A stretch of 63,871 bases of DNA, filler included, from Octopus bimaculoides (GCF_001194135.2; 4 parts of 4 records of this genome joined end to end with filler, not necessarily neighbours in it); one strand, 5' to 3'. Counted from the first letter of the whole stretch, positions 40,201-52,879 are shown. The notes: a model not told the origin generated them from the sequence alone. Made by a program: numbers and translations.

Positions 40201-41473
40201 CATATATAATATGTATGAGCTTGTATGTGTTGTATTTATCTTCCACCACCACATGAAACTACTGTTGTTTTTTACATCCCTGTTACTTAGATTTAAAGTA
40301 AAAGATACTTCTGGTACACAATATGTACCAGAAGTGATTTGTTCAATTAAAACCTTCAAAGTGATAACCTAGCATGGCCACAGTCCAATGATTTAAACAA
40401 GTAAAAAAATAAAATTATAATGTTTCACACACACACACTCAGAGCTGCTGTAGAATAGGATTGTCAGCATTTAGTAATGTATTTGTCTGTTCCAGATACT
40501 TCACCATGTCAAAAAAGAATTTCTTTCTAACCATTACATATTGGAATGTGTCTATGTCTCTGTTTATGTTTATGTTACATCATGTGCACATATGTTGGAG
40601 ATTTTGTTTCTAGCTTCTTTGAGGTTACTTAATATTTGTCTAGGAGTTTCAGTTGATATAACAACAACAGAATGAGAATTGATTATTCCAGTAGACGGTT
40701 TAGTACTAATGATTCCATGTTTCAAACCCTGTATAATTCACCCAATTCTTTTATTCTTTCTTGAATGGACAAGCCAAACATCCACTGAGTCATGAGGCTC
40801 AGCACTTTAGCATTCAGGTTATTATGTTAGTCATGATGCTTATTTATTCACAATGTTTTGAATTAATTTGGAATTACCTCATAGCTTTGAGATTTCAATG
40901 ATGCAATGGTTTATTATTAGAATCACATTGCAGGGTAAGTATAAGACGCTGGATCTGATTTGTGTGAACCTAAAACAGGAAGACTATTTGAACTGGATAT
41001 AGCCAGTTTAATTGCTAAAGAGTTACACTGAGATGGGAAGTTTCTCTGCCAGAGAGACCCTAGCTGAGAGAATAGAGAATAGAGAGAATAGAATAGGCCC
41101 TAGCTGAGAGAATAGTCAGTACCCTATATGTTTAAGATGGAACCTTATCAAGACTGACTGTCAATGTTAGCCTATAATAAAGAAACACTGACCTATGAAA
41201 GAGGATTCTCGCCTATAGCTTACAAGTAAATTCATACCCACAAAGGCCTTCGAGGGAACCCTTCAGGAATGGCTGTGTGAATTCAGGGTTTGCTAAATAA
41301 TCATGCAGTTTCAGGTTCTTGTTCACTACACAACACTTTGGCCAAGTATCTTTTACAATAGTAAAAAGACATTTGGGCTGGGGCTAACCAATGCATTGTA
41401 AGTGGAACTGACAGACAAAAATATATGGAAACTCATTGTGTGTATATGTGTATATATATATGTGTATATATAT

Positions 41474-41519
<46 letters not shown>

Positions 41520-41902
41520 CAATATGCGTTAGGAATGGCATTGGGATGTGAACAACCATTGAAGCTTGGCACAGTCCTCTGGCTTACCAACTCCTGCTAG
41601 TCCATCCAACCCATGCCAGCATGTAACACAGTCATTAAATGATGATGATGACGATGATGATGATGATGAAGATGATGATGATGATGAACATGATGATGAT
41701 GATATATTATGTACATATACGTATATATATGTATGTGCATGTATAAACTAATACACCTGCTTGTTGTTTATACACCTGTCTTAGTCATTTGTTTTTCTGT
41801 AAATTTCAACTATATATATATATATATATAATTTAATTAGAGGATATATTAACCTCTTAAAGGGATGATTAATCTAAAAAAACACTGGTTCTATACAATT
41901 AT

Positions 41903-41944
<42 letters not shown>

Positions 41945-42424
41945 GTATATATATGTACATATGAATATATATGTGTGCATGTATGTGTGTCTGTATGTGT
42001 GTATATATATGTATACACATATATATATGCATATGTATGCATGTGTGTATATATATACTCACACACACACACATGCACACATATATACAGTATGTTTGTG
42101 GTGTCATTCTATTTCTTTGAATGTCACCACTTGAGCAAATAACGTTGATGCCATGTTTACATTTCAGGAAGATAAAGCATTTTGTTGTTCTGTGCTTCAA
42201 AGTATCAGTGGCATAAAAATAAATCTCTTACTTGAAGAAAATCAAGTGATAATTGGTGGTAGGAATGGCACCCAGTCACAAAATTCTGTCTCAAATTAGT
42301 CTTCATCCAATCCATTCCAGATTGGGAAAACAGAAATAGAACTAATAAACAAACAAATTAAATTATTACCTCACTTTTATTTTTGTTTATATTTGTAATA
42401 TCATAATGACAAAAGTTAGAGTTG

Positions 42425-42633
42425 CAAGCTGGCAGAACTGTTAGTACACCAGGCAAAATATGTAGTGGTATTTTATCCATCTTTATGTTCTGAGTTCAAA
42501 TTCTGCTGAAGTCAACTTTCCTTTACATACTTTTACGGTCGATAAAGTAAGTATCAGTTGAGCACTAGGGACAATATAATCAACTTACTTGCTGCCTCAG
42601 AATTGCTGGCCTTGTGCCAAAATTTGAATATAC

Positions 42634-42671
<38 letters not shown>

Positions 42672-42930
42672 ACCACATCCTCAAGTTGTTTTTTTCTTGT
42701 GTTTGTTCTTTGTTTTTTGGGGGGTGGGGGCAGAACCATGAGCACACTGGACAAAATGCTTAGTGGTATTTCGTCCATCTTTACATTCTGTGTTCAAATT
42801 GTGCCAAGGTCAACTTTGCCTTTCACCCTTTGAAAGTCGATAAAATTAGTACCAGTTAAACTCTAAGCTTGATGTAATCGCCTTACCCACTCCCCCGAAA
42901 ATGCTGGCCTTGTGCCAAAATTTGAATCCA
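42425..42930 (+). mobile_element. Two tandem SINE family 3 copies separated by (TA)/(TG)n
   Basis: 42425-42625 and 42725-42930 are colinear with each other. Confidence 0.8.
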
Positions 42931-44682
42931 ATATATTATTGTAAAAAGTTACTCTTTGCAGTTAAAGTTTGGGTGAGCCTTTGATTTAGATTGTTACTAT
43001 ATTGAAGCTGGTAAAATCAGTGAGTGTATTAGTTAGTTACATTATAAATCATTCATATCTCTTCCTTATACTTTTATTTCAGACTAGCTAAATTGCATTC
43101 TCTCTGCTCTCTTTCTCTCTCTCTCTCTTTGTCCAACATATTATGGCTGATTTTACAAAATGCATACATATATCAAAATCCTTTATACATTTTTTAATAC
43201 AAAAAAGAAAAATGTAAAAATTGTCATTTCTTTCTCTTTTGAAGAAAATAACTATAAAAATGTGTAATGTTTAAAGAAAGCAATACAACTACTAAAAATT
43301 AAAAGCAGTATATTATTTTCTCTTCAGAGTTCCTATTCCTAATTCAAAATTATTTTGCTTTTTTTTCTTTCTTCTTTTGTGAAGGGTGGGAGAAGATATA
43401 TCATATTCCTCTTTCTAAAATCTCTTTCAGTGTTTTAACAACAACAACAACAAAAATTTATTTAAACAATTTAACTAGTCTGAAATAAAAGTATAAGTTT
43501 CACTGAAGGTAAACTTTTGAATAATTCGATCAATTAAAGACTAGGTGGTACTTTCATGGCAGCATAAAGCAAGCATAACATTTCACAAGCAAAGTATTCT
43601 TCATAACCAAAGTGTTTTCTAACTGAATAAATCAACAGCTGTGTGATATAAAGAAGCAAATGCATCCAATGACATCAAAGTGCAACAGCTCAGATGAATA
43701 TGCTTTGAAAGTACAATCAACCCTCATTGTTAGACATAGTTTCCAGAAAGATTTTAACATAATGGCAAGATAAAAAGTGAAAAATATTTCTTAAGAAAAT
43801 GACTTCAGTAAAACAGAGAAATAAACATTAAGAACAATCAGTCAAACAAACAAATATGTAGAAATCAATGGACAAAAGCTGAAATCTTGTCTTATTTTGT
43901 TTTGTTTTTCATTTAAAAAAACAAAAAACATAGAAAGAAAGAAAGAAAAAAGAAAAAAGAAAAAAAATTTATCAATGTCTTTAATGTCAGAATCACTTAT
44001 GAAATTGCTAAGTAGATATAGATGAAAATGAACACAAGCTGTGAATAGCTGAAGTTTTAAAAGCTAGACAAATATATAAGGTGGAGAAAAAAAAAATCTG
44101 TAAATGACAGGATAATAGAAGAGACAACTACCAGAGTATAAAAGTAAAAGCTAAAACAATAAAATGGCAATACCTATGCAGACATATTTTTTTGAACTGT
44201 CATTAAACTTCTCAATGATACAAGAAAGCTTTAGAAGTAATTTTCAATAAGATAAAATAAAAAGAACAAGAAAGAAAGCTTTCTTTCTGAGAAAGTTATG
44301 AATTCACAATCCTTATAGAATTTCCGCTATGTTTTTATTTTTATTACCAATGGCTTATAACGAAAGAATAATTATAAATTTTAGTATTCATTTATCGAAA
44401 GATGGACTCTTGTTTTACATTGATTTGATGACTATATAGAACAAAAATAAATAAAATTCCTATTGAATTTCACAGCATTTATACATGTGCTATTTATAAC
44501 AATCTTATGTGTGTTCTTTAAAAATCAGCCTGAATCTTTTAATATAACCACAATGTAAGATTGCATTTCTTCTGTTCCATTCAGATGTTGTCATTCTACT
44601 GCTGGATGAAAGCCTCAGTACATCTTGGCTAAATTATCTACATTTGGTTATAGGCCAATTGCAGATCAGATAGGATGCTCAC

Positions 44683-44713
44683 ATGGTTGCCTGATTTGCC
44701 CTGATTACAGCAC
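44683..44713 (-). CDS. Weak candidate 31-nt exon (AVIRANQAT)
   Basis: Strong acceptor TTTTTTCATTTTCTACTTTAG|GT and donor CAT|GTGAGC. Confidence 0.2.
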
Positions 44714-44739
44714 CTAAAGTAGAAAATGAAAAAAGCAAA

Positions 44740-45005
44740 GGTACCTTCTCAAATCATGTTGACCCATAAGGTCCGATTTCCTTGTTTCATGGCATATAAA
44801 TTCACCACCAGGACAGGATGCTGATCCATTGCAGGGTTACTCATTTTCACCAGCTGAGTGGACTGGAGCAATGTGAAATGAATATTTCATGTGAAATGAA
44901 GTATTTTGCTCAAGAACACAATGCGCTGCCCAGTCCAGGAATCAAAACCACAATCTTATGATCATGAGTCCAACACCCTAACCACTAATCCATGCCCCTC
45001 CACTT
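44740..45005 (-). mobile_element. tRNA-derived SINE (family 2-like head variant)
   Basis: Homologous to 30700-30950; contains a small internal duplication GTGAAATGAA. Confidence 0.75.
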
Positions 45006-45142
45006 AGTTACAAAACCTTTTGTCTTTCTTCTTGTTCCAGCCATTAGACTGCAGCCATGCTGGGGCACCACCGTAAAGGGTTTACTTGAACAAGTCACTG
45101 CACACGTACTCACATACATACTCAAACACATGCATGCCTAAA

Positions 45143-45359
45143 TGAGGGGTGCTGAAAAGTTCCTGGCTTTGGGGAAAAGAAAATACAGGAGGATCAGTTA
45201 ATTATGATTTTATTCAACATATTCCCGTCCCAGATTCACACACCTATTGCAGTGATCCTTCAGTTTTTCTAATCCCTTTAAAAGAACTCAAAAGTTTGGG
45301 GCTCCAACCAGACACTTTCAAGATACCCTTAAGACCAGAAACTTTTCAGCACCCCTTCG
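45143..45359. mobile_element. Mariner-derived MITE (~217 bp)
   Basis: TIRs TGAGGGGTGCTGAAAAGTTCCTGG / CCAGAAACTTTTCAGCACCCCTTCG followed by TA. Confidence 0.8.
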
Positions 45360-45589
45360 TATATTAATGTGTATTTTTACATAAAATCATACAAATGAAA
45401 CTATGCGAAGGATCATCAATTCATTGACATATAAAGTGTAAGAGTTATTTTAAATCAGCAGTCATCCCAATGTTACCCCCATGTGCTGGCTTTGCCAGAC
45501 TGTCTGACATTCTGATGCTAGTTCATGGTGAAACTTTTGCCCGTCAGTCTATCTAACAATCTATCTATCTAGCTAGCTAGCTATCTCTT

Positions 45590-45805
45590 TTACTCTTTTA
45601 CTTGTTTCAGTCATTTGACTGTGGCCATGCTGGAGCACCGCCTTTAGTCGAGCAAATCGACCCCAGGACTTATTCTTTGTAAGCCTAGTATTTATTCTAT
45701 CGGTCTCTTTTGCCGAACCGCTAAGTTACGGGGACGTAAACACACCAGCATCGGTTGTCAAGTGATGTTGGGCGGACAAACACAGACACACAAACATACA
45801 CACAC

Positions 45806-45840
<35 letters not shown>
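45590..45840 (-). mobile_element. Young SINE family 1, 3' half, cut by gap
   Basis: Near-identical to 55750-55960; CpGs mostly intact. Confidence 0.9.
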
Positions 45841-45865
45841 GTTCAAAAAAACAATAACAAAAAAA

Positions 45866-45965
45866 NNNNNNNNNNNNNNNNNNNNNNNNNNNNNNNNNNN
45901 NNNNNNNNNTTAATTAATTAANNNNNNNNNNNNNNNNNNNNNNNNNNNNNNNNNNNNNNNNNNNN
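45866..45965. other. Artificial scaffold-join spacer
   Basis: 44N + TTAATTAATTAA + 44N. Confidence 0.9.
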
Positions 45966-46108
45966 TCTCCCTACTTCTCGTCCTCCCCTCCCCTCCTCCC
46001 CTCCTCGTCCTCGTCCTCCTCACTCTTGTCCTCGTCGTCCTCCTCCTCCTCGTCCTCCTCCTCCTCGTCCTCCTCGTCCTCCTCCTCCTCGTCCTCCTTG
46101 TCCTCCTA
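45966..46108. repeat. Polypyrimidine (CCT/CGT)n tract
   Basis: Visible triplet mosaic. Confidence 0.9.
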
Positions 46109-46299
46109 TTTTATAACAACAATAAAACAAAGTCGTCACTTCAATGTCGATAAAACAAATAAAGGTCAAGCAGTAGGGTCGATGTAATCGACAAAACACC
46201 TCTCTCTAAAACTGCAGGCTTTGTGCCAAGATTTGAAACTACTACTATTGTTATTGTTGTTATTGTTGTTGCTGTTGTTGTTGTTATTGTAACTATAAC

Positions 46300-46617
46300 A
46301 CGAAATCGAGTGCTCCGCATAAGGTTTATTCTAACCTTCAGCCCCCACCATTTATAAATGCATGTCATTAACCTAAGAGCACAGTGGGCGAGTTATCCGC
46401 CTTTAGTTTCTCGCCTCTTTAGGGTAAAAACTTCCAAAATATTTCTTAAATTTTTGTTTACGAAAAATACTAATTTAAAATATGGCGTCGTCTTTAATAG
46501 CCAGCCACCTAGAGGAAGAAGTGGCACATAGTTTTGAAGGCAGGGAGGGAGATTGAAGTAGTCCCCTTTTCTCAGATACAAAAGCAAAAAATTACACGAA
46601 CTAAAACGACGACAGCG

Positions 46618-46653
<36 letters not shown>

Positions 46654-47400
46654 GCAACAACAACACCATGTCAAACAATAAAAACTGCGACCTGCCACAC
46701 AACAACCCTGCCGCCGCCCTCATAGCAGCAGTTAACAGCAACAACAACAACAGTGAAAAATCATGTAAAGCGGCGCATCACAACAGTGAAAACAACATCA
46801 TTGTCACAGCCGCTGTCGCAGCAGCTAACAACAACAGCAGTAGTAAGAAGAAGAAGAAGAAGAAGAAAACTAGTGATGCTATATGTGACAACAACAAAAA
46901 CAGCCCCGCCATCATCACTACTACTACTACTACTGCTTGCTGCACACACTAATAATGTCACCATCACCACTACTACAAACCTGACCACCCAAAGCAACAA
47001 ACACAAATTCTTACAAAGAACAAACATACACAGTGAAAAGAAAAAAAACACTGAGCAACTTGTATAATTATGTAAATAAAGGACCAGTTTGTTAGTTCCC
47101 GAAGTATTATAGTACCGGCTACCAGAAGAACAATAGTTCACACTTGTTTACCTTTGACGAAGCGGCGTGCAGAAATGGGATACGTGTGGAAATACTTACG
47201 TGAAGGATGGGTGACATAGGTTCGACATAGGGGTGACATGGGCGACATCACCAGGGTCTCATAATTCGGCGCAGTCGAAGTTCAATTCCTCATTGAAGTC
47301 CTTGCAATCAAACATTCTGTTGCTTCCTGGAATAGTGAGAAATCAGCCCTCTTTTGAACTTGAGAAGATGAATAATGAGTGTGAAAATATCCGGTGTCTC
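46300..47400. promoter_or_regulatory. CpG-retaining, promoter/first-exon-like region
   Basis: Many CpGs; YY1-like AAATATGGCG at ~46480; strong minus-strand donor CAC|GTAAGT at 47200; lies next to the CpG-depleted block (across a linker). Confidence 0.3.
47200..47248 (-). CDS. Weak candidate first coding exon part (MSPMSPLCRTYVTHPS)
   Basis: ATG at 47248 downstream of an in-frame stop; donor GTAAGT; phase-compatible with 44683-44713. Confidence 0.15.
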
Positions 47401-47434
47401 CCCACCCCCAGAACTGAACACTTGTCGGAATGTA

Positions 47435-48694
47435 TTGGATACTCCCATAAATAATGCGTTTTTTATATACTTTTATTTTTCAAAATTAAGATAAACAAAG
47501 TTCTTTTTTAATCTAAAATATACGCTCCTTCATTTTCTACAATGCTCTTCCATCTATCTGGTAGGCTTGCAAGGCTCTTCCAAAATTCACTTGACCATGA
47601 CGAAAAATACTTCTCCAATACTATTCTGACTTCGTCTAGAGAATTCATACTTTTCCATTCAAATGATTTTGAAGACTGCGGAATAAATGATAGTCAGATG
47701 AAGCAATGTCCGGTGAATATCGTGGGGAGAGCATCGTTTCCCATTCAAACTGCTCCAGCCTTTGGAGTGTCATTCACGCTGTATGTGACGAAGCACTATC
47801 CTGATGGAAGAACACCTTTCGTCTTGAAACCAAAGATGGCCGTTTTACTTCTAGCACTGACTTAAGCCGCTCAAGCTGCTCGGAGTAGATCTTATTGTTT
47901 GGTTTGGCTTTAAAAGTTCCAAATGGACTAAACCTTTCCTTTCCCACCAAACAGATAACAACACCTTACGTGAGTGAAGACCTTCTGTAGCCTGGGGTGT
48001 CTGTGTTTCTCCTTTTCCTATTCACTGTCTTCGGCGCTTGACATTTTTTATAGAGAACCCATTTCTCGTCACCAGTCACTACACTATTCGGTGCAAAAAA
48101 GATTCATTCGTGAGACATGGCAACAAAGAAGAGCACATATTCATTCTCTGCACGCGGTTAGACTCGGAATGTTTGTGAGGAACACATTGACCTAATTTGC
48201 TGACTTTACCGATAACACTTAGTTGTCGATGAATGGTTGACTGACCAAATCAAAGTTGTTCTGATAGTTCCGATGGGATTTTGTTCCACCAAGGCTTGCA
48301 GGACGAATTCTGCAGATCTTCCAAGACGAGGCTCGTCTTCTGGGCTGTAGTTTCCGGCTGGGAATTTCTGGAACCACCGTTGACACTGGCTTACACTTAT
48401 TATCCGATCCCCATATACTGCATTAATATTCCTCGTACTTTCCATTGTGTTGTTGCCTTTATTGAACTCATAAAGCAAAATATGCCGAATATGCTCCTTT
48501 GTAACTTCCATTGTAGCTTTGAAAAAATAACTGTTAAAATCCAACTGTACTCTTCAAAACTTGCACTAAGAATAAGTAAAAGGTAAAATTACTACCTGCT
48601 TTTATAGCAAGTTGATTTAGGTAGTTCACCCAGTCCCTCTCCGACTTTTAGTTCATGCAATTGAAAAAACTGCATTATTTATGGTATGACCTAA
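47435..48694 (-). pseudogene. Full-length decayed mariner (DD34D) transposon, ~1260 bp
   Basis: TA-flanked TIRs TTGGATACTCCCATAAATAATGCG / GCATTATTTATGGTATGACCTAA. Transposase MEVTKEHIRHILLYEF..QRWFQKF, VTGDEKW, QDSAS.H and YSPDIASSDYHLF. Confidence 0.92.
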
Positions 48695-48719
48695 TAGCTT
48701 GCGTCGTCCAGGATGGAAG

Positions 48720-51400
48720 TGACACTCTCCAGAATTTTTTTTTAAATGCAAACTGAATTGTTCCAGAATAGAATTGGAGTGAAAGAACACCTAGAAAAGA
48801 TTCCAAACCTAATGGAATTGTCGAATGAGGCAGAACTTCACGTTACGGTGGAGGGCAAAAGGCCCAGGTGCTGTATATGTGGTAATGCTAAACATCTGAA
48901 AGCCTTTATCCAAAAACAGAAAGCGAAAGCAGTGAGACTGCCACTGCTTTCAACTTCTCTATATACAACACCAACAAAGGTATATAACTATATAAGCAGG
49001 AACAATAACAGCAGCATCTGCAACAATCACAATAGTAAAACCAACACCATATACAAATACAAAAGTAAGCAGTAGCCATGGAAGAGCTGCAAAAGAAGAG
49101 GTAGAAACTGCAACGTACACAATAATAGAACTCGTCATGATAACAATAACAACAACAGCACCAGCAATATCGCCTACATCAGCAGCAAAATCTCCTAACC
49201 TCAACACAGAATCACAAGACGTATCTCACCTCCTCAGGTCATTCAGACATATTCTCTAACAAGGGCAACAAGAACGAGAAATGGAGACCTGTTCTAGTAA
49301 AAAGTAGAAAAGAAAATGAAACAAAACAATTCTTCTACCGCAAAAAGGTGACATATTTGAAGGGAGAAGACTTGAAGAAAGTATATCAACATCAACACTT
49401 TCTTTATTACCTCGACGAAAACCAGCATCACAATCATCACCGAGAACATCTACAACTCAACCACCACACCACAAGCATATCTGTACCCAAACTAGAACAA
49501 ATAAAACGTTCGCAAATAAACATCAACTAAACATCTATAGAATTAATAAGAATCATACTTCAATATGCACACACCATACAAAAGTAATTCATCACGTTAT
49601 CGAATATGAACCGACACATAATGAGAACACAAAACACATAAAACCTTTTTTTGGAAAAACAAAACAGAACAGATAACCCGATGGAATAGAAGGCTTTATA
49701 GAGAATATTAACAAACGACAGTGTAATGAATTACTTGTAGAAACATCTACAACTAGCCAGAGTGATGAAACACCTGCTCGCCATCACAAAAATAATGTAA
49801 GCAGGTCTTCTTCACTTTCCTTTTCTGTCTAAAATCGCCTTACTCAGAATAGGCAGCGCAAATGCATGTAGGCTCGTGTTGCTTTAGAGTAGGTCTACCT
49901 TGAAGCAGGTCCACCTTGAAATAGGTCCACCTTGAAGGATGTCCACTTTGAAGCAAATCCAGTGGCCATCAGCAAGACGAGAATTTCCAAGACAAGTTGC
50001 ACTGATATGAGGTGTACATATCTCCAACTCAAACGGGATGGGTAGTGGGGGTCGGAGTTTCTGTTTTCTTTCTGGAAGGTCTGAATTACATGATACAGAC
50101 CATCTTCTTGGACATAGGAAGTAGTTGGTGATACTAGACGTGGTTAGCAGCGAAAGTCATACTAACGGATTAGTAGCTGTCTACGACCCAACAGGTGCCG
50201 GGTGTATAGATTTCTTTAGGTATCTAGAATGTTTTCTGGGAACACCCGTTATTTAGTGCTAGTGGACGACTGGAGTGCCATCTTGAATGCATGCTTGGAT
50301 CGTGTGGAGTTTGTCGATAGAAGATGGGGATGCAAAAGCTTCACAATGTGATCAATCGTTTCTGAAATATATTGAATAGATATCTCAAATATGACAATGT
50401 GGATATGGACTAACCAAATCAGGTCATCGAGGTCATATCTAGATAGAGCCTTTTATTATGCCAGTAAATAAGGGTATCATAGGTTGTCCATAATTTAAAA
50501 TAGCTGGTTACATGAACACAAAGTTGTTATCTGCACGGTCAATTTAAATAAGTTTGGTACGTAAGGACTCAGTTACTGGAAGCTGAACACATCGCTTCCA
50601 GTGCGCCAAGCTTATAGAGAGACCAAATTAGTGAATCGTTGACAGAGGAAAATCGTTAATAACAAATGACGGTTCGCCCCGAAAAGGGTACTGTTTTAGT
50701 AAGGAAGTATCAATTTTAGTAAGGAAAGTTGAACAGAAGGTACTTTTGTTTGAAACTTAGATGCCTGCTTAGAAGAGGCATCACAATCGACATGTTTGTG
50801 GAAAGATTGGCACTTGCTTAATTCTTGAACGCCATGCAAAAAGGCAGGGTTGTCAGAGCTAAAACGAGTGCTCAAAGGCACAAGGAGACGAAAGCCTGTG
50901 GATGGGACCAAGTGACAAAGGTGCAACGTAACAACAAACCCACAATTAGGTCTTTAGCGCATCATGATGAATGTGTGTTACCCGATCCCAAGTACATGCG
51001 TGCGGATTTTCAGCGGCATTTTGTTCATCTGTCTAGAATAGCTGGCGGACAGGAACGCAGAATGGATTTCAGTGTCTAAGTCGATAGCTTGCCATGAGTG
51101 TCGGCAAGAGAGGCCGAGTGTTGCGTAAATCTGAGATATTAGGAAAGAGAGTGATGCATGTTGTTGATGGTCGCATTGGTGATGCGCGAAGGTGTACCCT
51201 CCCAAACAGATCTCTTTATGAAAACTTCTAGCTTATGCGATACAACATAGAGAAGGTGGGTAACGAACTTGGCATGGCTGGAGCTCTGATCAATTCAAAT
51301 CAGTCGAAATCTTTTGATAGTGTCAACCATTAAAACTTGACAGCTCTGCTCGCGACAGCCGGCTTCCAGTATTCCTGCTCCATAGTTAATATCAATGGTA
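48720..51400 (+). mobile_element. Decayed L1/Tx1-clade LINE: ORF1 3' part, endonuclease and RT N-terminus
   Basis: ORF1 zinc knuckle VEGKRPRCCICGNAKHLK; EN motifs LVAVYDP, DDWSAILN, WTN..SRSYLDR and YWKLNTSL; RT motif NQSKSFDSVNH. Truncated after RT domain 3. Confidence 0.85.
49891..49954 (+). repeat. 16-bp tandem repeat x4 (AGGTCCACCTTGAANN)
   Basis: Units start at 49891, 49907, 49923 and 49939. Confidence 0.9.
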
Positions 51401-51439
51401 ACCTATCTGAACATTCAGCATCGAAGGCTCGGTCTGTCA

Positions 51440-51510
51440 GCATCATCCACTCTCGACTCCCCAGCATTGTCGCAGTCTAATGACTGAAACAAGTAAAAGG
51501 CAGAAGATAA
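51440..51510 (+). mobile_element. SINE family 1, 3' end
   Basis: CCCAGCATTGTCGCAGTCTAATGACTGAAACAAGTAAAAG. Confidence 0.75.
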
Positions 51511-52537
51511 AAGATTATATTTTCTTACGGTCCAGAGTTATTTAAATAATTGTTGCTAGTTGTTTTTTCGTGCGTGACAAGATTTATTTTATTGTTGTTT
51601 TATTGAATGGAACAGTAGCAGAGGAGTATGATTATTTTTTTGTTGTGACCCCTGCAAGGAGTTGAACTCGTTAAACATAGTTCTCTTTTAAAATTGGCTT
51701 GAAAAAAATTCAAATTTCAAATGGCGTCATGCAACGAAAAGGAAAGGGTGGTGAGAGGAGGCAGTGGTGAGGAATTACCACCATCATCACCACCACTGTC
51801 CACAAAGCTGTGTACAATGGTAGCAATAAGAACCCACAACTCACAACCATTGCTTCTATCATTAGTGACTGTGATAATAGCATCTCCATGTAGGGAGCCT
51901 CTACAGGGAGCCTGTAGCGCTCGATTTTCAATAATTAGCAACCAAATCTTTCTCAGATCACTTTCTGTCATTCTAAAAAGAAAAGGGACACGTTGAATAC
52001 CACCAGAAAGACAGGATCTCCATAACTGGGATACCTTTGAACATACGTTTTGTTGCGAAGAACATGACCAACACTAATAGTAATGAAATGTGTGCGAAGG
52101 AAACAATAGAGACGTCTACAAGACCAGCTTCTAGCTGCAATAGAAGTGCCTCAGTCACATCGCCACCGTCATCAAAAGTAGCACTTTTTCAATACCATCG
52201 CCACCAGCTTAAACAAAACAATCTAGTTCACCAAAGCCACGCAGTTATGATTGGAACATTTGCCTCAAAAATAAAGAGGGCTCCAGGCAAAAAGCATAAG
52301 ACTTCCATTGTAAGGCTTGGCATATTTGTCTTGTTAACGGCAGAAATAGGAAAGACATAAAAGAGGTCAACTTTTTTTTTTTTTAAAGTTTGTAAATAGG
52401 AAAAGGAAACGAATTCAGTGTCGCTGCTCTGAACAGTGTATAGGTGTTAAGTGACCTATAAATAGAATGATAAAATATGGGACTATGTTGTTGCATACGA
52501 TGACAAATAGCTCTCAACAGCACTTGTATGCGGGGCT

Positions 52538-52619
52538 GTGATAGATGATAATGATGAGGATGTGGATGATAATAATGATGATGATGATGATAATGATGAT
52601 GATGATGATGATGATGATG

Positions 52620-52673
<54 letters not shown>

Positions 52674-52685
52674 GTAATAATAATA
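52538..52685. repeat. (GAT)n/(AAT)n microsatellite
   Basis: Visible triplet runs. Confidence 0.95.
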
Positions 52686-52879
52686 TATTGGCCACAAGGG
52701 CTGCAAAACATTTAAAACAATGCAAAGTCTAAGGGCAGTGGGATTTACATAAATAGGTATAAACGATATAAGCAATAACAGTTAACAAGAAAATTATGAC
52801 AACAAAATTTCCAATGGCAGGCGAACAACAAATACCAGTATACTGAGTCGTCCTGCTTACCAGGAGTATTCTGGCAAGT

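Noticed and set aside
46668-46952. Asn/Ala/Lys-rich ORF (MSNNKNCDLPH..)
   Set aside because: Built from triplet repeats, ends after 94 aa, and has no splice or homology support.
47200-47340. Minus-strand frame MFDCKDFNEELNFDCAEL-TGA-DPGDVAHV as a possible selenoprotein
   Set aside because: No known selenoprotein motif and no SECIS identified; a single TGA is unremarkable.
49891-49954. CRISPR-like repeat array
   Set aside because: Units are directly adjacent with no unique spacers, and the context is eukaryotic with no cas genes.
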